Of a DNA stretch of 64,000 nt, positions 57,921 to 64,000 are shown in pieces. The notes under the pieces were generated by a model. That model saw nothing but the letters and a program-made list of their open reading frames with translations. It did not search any database and was not told the DNA's origin. Made by a program: the position numbers and the translations under genes. The DNA is taken from positions 86,280-150,279 of the forward strand of contig CAWIUH010000007.1 in the NCBI GenBank assembly GCA_963839255.1, written 5' to 3'. Each line of letters begins with the position of its first letter. The first letter of the stretch is position 1. The DNA is from an uncultured Acidimicrobiaceae bacterium (lineage in GTDB: Bacteria; Actinomycetota; Acidimicrobiia; Acidimicrobiales; RAAP-2).

Positions 57921-59707
57921 TGAGTGACCTGCCACTCGAGCTCGCACGAATCAACTCCCCACCGCGAACGTCCGCGGTCGTGAGGGCCTACGCGCGCGTG
58001 CTGATGCGCCAGCACCGTCGCCCGCTCGTGCGCATGCTCTCGCTGTACTCCCTGGCCGCCATCATGGGCTTGATACCGGCCTGGGTGATCGGCGAGATCA
58101 CGGACTTCGCCTCGGACCACCAGCTCACCGGACACAAGATCTCGCTGTACGTGGGCGTGCTCGTGGTCGTCGTCTCGCTCGCCTACGCGGTACTCACGTA
58201 CTTCGCGCGCCGACGCAGTTACGTGCTGGGCGAGATCGTCTTTGCCCAACTGCGCGAGGAGTTTCTCGCGAGCGTGTTGGGCCTCCGCTCGATGGAGGTC
58301 GAGCGGGCCGGTACCGGCGACCTGCTGAGTCGCACGACCAACGACATGGAGGCCCTCTCGCGCACCGTGCGCTTCGCCGTGCCGGAGTGGCTGGTCGCCA
58401 TCCTCCAGGCCGATCCTCACCCTGGGCGCGATGTTGCTCGTGAGTCCCCTCGCCAGCGTGGCGAGCCTGGTGTCGCTGCCGGTGCTCTTCTTCTCGACGC
58501 GTTGGTACCTGCGCTACGCCACGCCTGGGTATCGTCGCGAGCGCATCAGCTACGCCACCTTGTCGGGCACCGTCGCCGAGACGGCCGAGGGCGCTCGCAC
58601 CATCGACGCCCACCGCTTGGGCGCGCGCCAGTCCACCCGCATCGAAGACAACGTTCGCGAGTCTTTCTACTCCGAGATGTACACCCTGCTCATGCGCATG
58701 GTCTGGTTCCCCACGGTCGAAGGGGCCTTTGCGGTCGCGGTCGCGGTCACCCTGGCGTGGAGCGGCTGGCTGGCTATCCACCACGTCGTCGCCATCGGCG
58801 CGGCCACGACGGTCACGCTCTACGTCGTGCAGATCAACGACCCTCTCGACCGCATCGTGTCCTGGCTGGACGAGATTCAGATCGGCCAGACGTCGCTCGC
58901 CCGTTTGGTGGGCGTGTCGGTCGTGCGGGACGATCGTCCCCTCGAAGGTCCCGAACCGACCGACGAGACCATCGTGCTTGACGACGTGCACTACGCCTAT
59001 CGCGAAGGTCACGACGTCCTGCGAGGCATCTCGCTAACGGTGCGCCCGGGCGAGCGACTGGCCATCGTGGGACCCTCGGGCGCGGGCAAGTCGACCATCG
59101 GCCGACTGATCGCGGGCATCGACGCGCCCGCGGCGGGGCACCATCCGCGTGGGTGGCGTGAACGTCGCCGAGATGCCCCTCGCCAGCCTGCGCCGTCACA
59201 TCTCGCTCGTCACCCAAGAGCACCACATCTTCATCGGCTCGGTGCGCGACAACCTCGCGCTCGCCCGACCCGAGTCGAGCGACGACGAGATCAAGGCCGC
59301 CCTGGCGGCGGTGGACGCTCTGGACTGGGTGGAGCACCTGCCCGAGGGTATGGCCGACCGAGCTCGGCACGACGGGCTATCTGATCTCACCCGCCCAGGC
59401 CCAGCAGCTGGCTCTGGCGCGACTCGTTCTGAGCGACCCCCACACCCTGATCCTCGACGAGGCGACCGCGCTACTTGACCCTCGCGCAGCCCGTCACCTC
59501 GAGCGCTCCCTCAGCGCGGTCCTTCGAGGTCGCACCGTCATCGCCATCGCGCACCGCCTGCACACCGCGCACGATGCCGATCGCGTCTGCGTGGTGGTTG
59601 ACGGCCGGATCGCCGAGCTCGGTACCCACGATGAACTCGTCGCGCTGGGCGGTGAGTACGCCGCTCTGTGGAGTAGCTGGCGAAACGAGAAGCCGACCGC
59701 CTCGTAG
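57920..59707 (+). CDS. ABC exporter subunit (TMD plus NBD), multiple frameshifts
   Basis: ERAGTGDLLSRTT.D, GPSGAGKST, LILDEATALLDP, AHRLHTAHDAD in several frames. Confidence 0.8.
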
Positions 59708-59710
59708 GAT

Positions 59711-61418
59711 TTGCCGGTGGCCGGGTACCTGCGGAGCGATGAGGTATTCGCGTGCGTACATCGCGTCGCCCTCTCGCGCGGGGCGCCCTTTGACATCGAC
59801 GTTCTTCCTCCCACGCCCGAGATGGAGCGCCGACGCCGCAGTGCCGCCGAGCACCGCCGCGAGGTGCTCGATGCCCTCGCTCGGCTTGCATCCCGACGCG
59901 CGGCGACCCCGCGGCGAGGTCGAGACGATGTCGATGCTCGACGAGGGGGTGCCCCTTGCTCCTGCAACCGCGACTGTCGCCCGATGAGCGCGGTCGGCGC
60001 TCCGCGTCGATTCACGCGCTCGTTCGCGTCGGTCGCGTCGGCGAACGCTTCGCCTACTCCCCCTTGCTGGTGAAGAACCACGAAGTGGTCGAAGCGGCCA
60101 GTACGCGGCGCACCCTGCTGGGCACCCTGCGAACTCCCCCGGCCTACCGAGGCCACGTTCGTCGATGGAGTCGGAACGCGTCCCGGTGCCGCCCATGACG
60201 CGCAGCGGACTCTCGCTCACGCACGCCTCGCGCGTGCTCGAGGCGCTCGGACACGCCGACCCCAACTCGCGCGGCGCGATTGTCGATCGCCAGAGCCGGC
60301 TGTGGTGGTTCGATCTGGCGGGACACAGCTATCCCCGATTCAATCTGTCGACCTACGACCATCTCTACGAGGAGCGACTCGAGTGTGCTCGAGCCCACGA
60401 CGCCTGGGCGTCGTCGCTGGGCCCTTTCCCACCACCCCCTACTGGCACCGCGACTGCCCCGAGTGTCCCTACGCGGGCGTACTGCGAGGACCAGCTCGAA
60501 GCGATCGACGACGTGTCCCTCGTGCGCTTTACGTCCTTCGATCAACAGCTTCTCTTGCGCGAACACGGCGTCGAGACGAGAGCCCAACTCGCTCGTCTCG
60601 ATCCCGAGATCGCCCGGCGACGCTCGCCACACGACCATTAATCCCCTGGAGCCCCACCGGGCCGAAGAGGTTCTGGGACGCAGCATCGACAAACTGGATG
60701 ATCTCATCTACCGCGCGCGGGCCCGCGAACGAGGAAGTTCGTTGCGCATCGTGGATCCGAGCGAGATCGGATGCCCAACGGCCGACGTCGAAGTCGACGT
60801 CGACATGGAGAGCTACGAAGACAGCGACCTACCTCTGGGGAGCATTCGTCACGCTGAATCGACCCATCGAAGGGGTGAGCGCGGGCTATCGCTCCTTCGT
60901 CGAGTGGGCCGACTTGACCCCCGACGCCGAGACGCGGATCTTCGCCGAGTTCTGGTCGTGGCTGAGCGCGGTGCGTGACCTCTGTCGAGCCCAGGGCCGC
61001 ACCTTCAGCGCCTACTGCTTCTGGGCGGCGGCCGAAGACGGAGCGATGAACCGGGCGGTGGCGAACCCCACGGCGGACGCTCCGCCCATCGACGAACTCC
61101 TCGCGTTTCGCCGCGCCGAGCCGCCCGCCTGGATCGACCTGCACGAGCTGGCCAAGCGCCAGATCCAGACCGAGGGTCCCCTCGGACTCAAGCAGTTGGC
61201 CATGGCGGCCGGCTTTCACTGGCGCGACGCCAACCCCAGCGGCGAAGCGTCCATGGTCTGGTACGAGGTGGCCTCGCCGCGACGAGTCGCCGACGGCGCT
61301 CGCCTCGCGCGAGCGAATCGTGACCTACAACGAGGACGACTGTCGCGCGACGAAGGCGCTGCGCGACTGGCTCAACGGCCCCGCTCGCTCACTCGCCCAC
61401 CGTGACGACGAACTTTGA
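59711..61418 (+). CDS. TM0106-family RecB-like nuclease with RNase H-like C-terminus, multiple frameshifts
   Basis: C.EC.Y..YC...L...DDVSL, EVDVDMES, YLWG, GLKQLA..AGFHWRD, YNEDDCRAT.ALRDWL. Confidence 0.78.
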
Positions 61419-61447
61419 GTTTTCAGTGAGATCATTAGCATTACACG

Positions 61448-62942
61448 GTGGCTTCCGCTGGTTCTGACCCGATACCGCAGCCGTCGCCACGTCGTCGCTC
61501 GCCTCCTCGGATTCCTCTCCAGCGTTCTGTCGCTAGCCCTCGCTGGGGTGGCCGCACTCTTTCTCGCCGACCTCGCCCACCACCACGTCGACCGAGGGCG
61601 TTGCGGGCCTCATGGCCGTGGTCGTCCTTCGTTGGCTGAGCACGAGCTCACTCGACGACTGGGCCGAACACGCCGCGGCCCGACTGCGCCTTCAGTGGCG
61701 CTCAGTCATCGTCACCCAACTCGACGTCCCACGACGCGAGGGCGAGCGGGCTCGCGGAGATCTCACCGTCGCCATCGATCACGCCGCGCAGGCCCCGGAG
61801 CTCGAGCGACTGCGTTCGAGCGCGGCCGCGTCGTTGCTCGGAATTGTCGTCGTCTTCTGGGCGGCGGGCTGGCTCGGACTACTCATTACGCTCGGCCTTC
61901 TCGCACTCGCCGCACCCCTCTACCAGCGCGCGGGTGCACGCAGTGACGCCATGGCCCAGCAGTATCGGGCCCGTCGCGCCACGCTGGAGTCTCGCCAACT
62001 CGAGATCCTCCAGCACGCGCCTGAACTTCGCGCCCTCGGCGCGGTGACCTACGGCGCAAACGAGATCGCCGCGATCTCGGACAGTGAGCACTCCCTCGCC
62101 CTGCGAGCAATTCGAGTTGCGCTCGGTTCGTCCCTCGTCACCGAGTTCTTGAGCGGCGTGAGCGTCGGCCTCGTTGCCATGGTGGTCGGATTCGGACTGC
62201 TCGATGGCCGCCTCAGCCTGGTGCGCGCCCTGGTGGCCGTACTCGTCACCGCCGATCTCTTTACCCAAGTGCGGCGTTACGGCGTGGAGTTTCACCGTCG
62301 CGAAGACGCCCAGCGCGCGCTCGACACGCTGAGGTCCCCGACGGGACGTCAGGCGTTGACATCGGAGGAACTACTCGTCGCCGACGGCATCGTGACCGAC
62401 ACGCACGCCGACGCCGTCTCACTCGTCGTACGCGCGGGCGACCACGTGCATCGTCACGGGACCATCGGGCGCGGGCAAGACCAGCCTGCTGCACACCCTG
62501 GTCGGGTGGCGTTCGGCGCGAGCGGGTACGTCTCGTCTCGCCGACGCCGCCGTGGGGTTCGTGAGTCCCGAGAGCACCGTGCTCTCGGGATCGCTGCGCG
62601 AGAACCTGTCACTGGGTGACGCCATCGATGACGACGAACTTCGAGAGGTCTTAGAGGCGCTCGCGCTGCGGGGACCTCGCTTCGATGACCTCGACACCGA
62701 GCTCCTCGCGCGACGGACGCGGCCTGAGTTCCGGTGAGCGAGTGCGCATCGTGCTCGCGCGAGCACTTCTCCAGCACGTCGCGCTCTTAGTGCTCGACGA
62801 CGTGTCGGGAGTTCTCGACGAAGATGCCCGGCGGGCCGTGCGCACGACGCTCGACGGCGAGCCCAACCTCGCGATCATCGAAGCCACGGTGGACACCCCG
62901 CTGCTGAGCGGCGCGGGCCGACGCATCGAGTTGAGCTCGTGA
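61448..62942 (+). CDS. CydD-like ABC exporter subunit, frameshifted
   Basis: LRALGA, R.ALGSSLVTEFL..VSVGLVA, R..G.EFH, GPSGAGKTS, LSSGERVR. Confidence 0.65.
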
Positions 62943-64000
62943 GCGACGATCTCTCGCCGACTTCGGCGCTGGCTGCGTTCGCGCCCAACCTCCGCGCCGC
63001 GACCTGGCACGGGCTCTCGTCGCGGGCTTCATCGCCACCGCGACCAACCTCGCCCTGCTCGCGGGCGCTGTGGCACTGCTCGTCGACAGCGCGACGCGTC
63101 CGGGGCTGCGCGCCGTGGCGCTCGCGCTCGTCGTGATCGAGCTCTTTGCGTTTCTGCGCTCGCCTCTTCGCTACGCCGAGCGACTCGCGGCCCACCAACT
63201 CGGCTTTCGGGCCGTCTCGCGATGGCGACGCTGGCTCGTGCTCGTCGTGGGCCAACTGAACTACTCCGAGTGGCGCCGCTACGCCAGTGGCGATCTGCTC
63301 GAACGCGCGCTCGGCGACACCGATGAGTTACAAGACCTCTGGCTTCGCTTCGTCATACCGTTCCTGGACATCGTGGCGGTCATGATCCTCGGTGACGTCG
63401 TGGTCGCGCTGTTGCCCGCGAACGGCACCTGGTGGCCCGTCGCACTCAATCTGGCGGCCGCGCAACTGATCGGCGTGGTGGCCCTGTGCGCGCTGGCCCG
63501 CGCCGAACTACGAGGCGACCGCGCCCTTCGACTGGCGAGGGGCGACTACCGCGCCCAATTGGTTGAACTCAGTACCGCCGCGCCCGAACTTGCGCTTCTT
63601 CGCCGCCGCGACGTCGCCGAGGGTCGTCTCAACGTCGTGCAACGTGCGCTTCGCGAAGCGGAGCGCGACATGGTGCGCCGCCGTCCGACGCGCGGGCTTC
63701 GTGGTGGCGCTGTTCTCGATCCTCGCCCTCGCGGCCCTGGCCAGCCATCCCTCCACATCACCCGTCTGGCTCTGCGTCGCGGCCGTCGTCGCCTGGTCGA
63801 CCTACGAAGCCCTCGGTGGTGTGCGAGCGGCTCTGGACGCGGCGGTCGACGTCAGTGGTGGTGGCGAGCGACTCGAAGCTCTCGCCCGGACACCCCACGC
63901 ACGCCTGTCCTCCTGGACCGGCGCGACGGTCCAACTCGACCACGTGCGCATCGATGAAGACGACCGAACTCTGGTGCGCAACGCCACACTGGTGGTGGCG
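62939..64000 (+). CDS. CydC-like ABC exporter subunit, partial and frameshifted
   Basis: FAFLRSPLRYAERLAAH, SGDLL.R..GD.DELQDLWLR. Confidence 0.72.

Noticed and set aside
1-64000. CRISPR array, transposon or prophage
   Set aside because: No regularly spaced repeat-spacer units, transposase, integrase or phage structural genes recognised; the repeats seen are coding low-complexity tracts or operators

Overview
High-GC bacterial core-genome window from an actinobacterium. Class Acidimicrobiia is my best inference from gene content and order, not a database result. Left to right: (i) a minus-strand dcw cluster (mraZ-rsmH-ftsL-ftsI-murE-mraY-ftsW-murG-murC-murB-ftsQ-ftsZ-yggS-sepF-yggT-divIVA plus a Lys/Ala-rich histone-like ORF running off the edge). 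It lacks murF, murD and ddl, and has MraZ boxes and an mraW-motif-like hairpin. (ii) Metabolic and transport genes: LMW-PTP, NMO, ABC, MFS/TetR with operators, sulfatase, lipase, WS/DGAT, dut, orn, acyl-CoA ligase, wzm/wzt coupled to clpP. (iii) tRNA-Gly, tRNA-Leu, a DEAD-box helicase fused to a cold-shock domain, mec-cysO-cysM-rph-rdgB without murI, smpB and tmRNA. (iv) A GlpD-like/AGPS-like/atypical glycerol-kinase operon that may act on ether lipids. (v) xseAB, an RNase P RNA lacking P18, two ABC exporter pairs and a TM0106-like nuclease. From about 55.5 kb onward nearly every long gene has frameshifts, most likely sequencing errors. No CRISPR array, integrase, transposase or prophage was seen. 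The best candidates for new biology are the putative alkylglycerol (ether-lipid) pathway, the joint absence of murD and murI, the helicase-CSD fusion and the rsmH leader hairpin. All functional calls come from motif recognition by eye; no searches were run.
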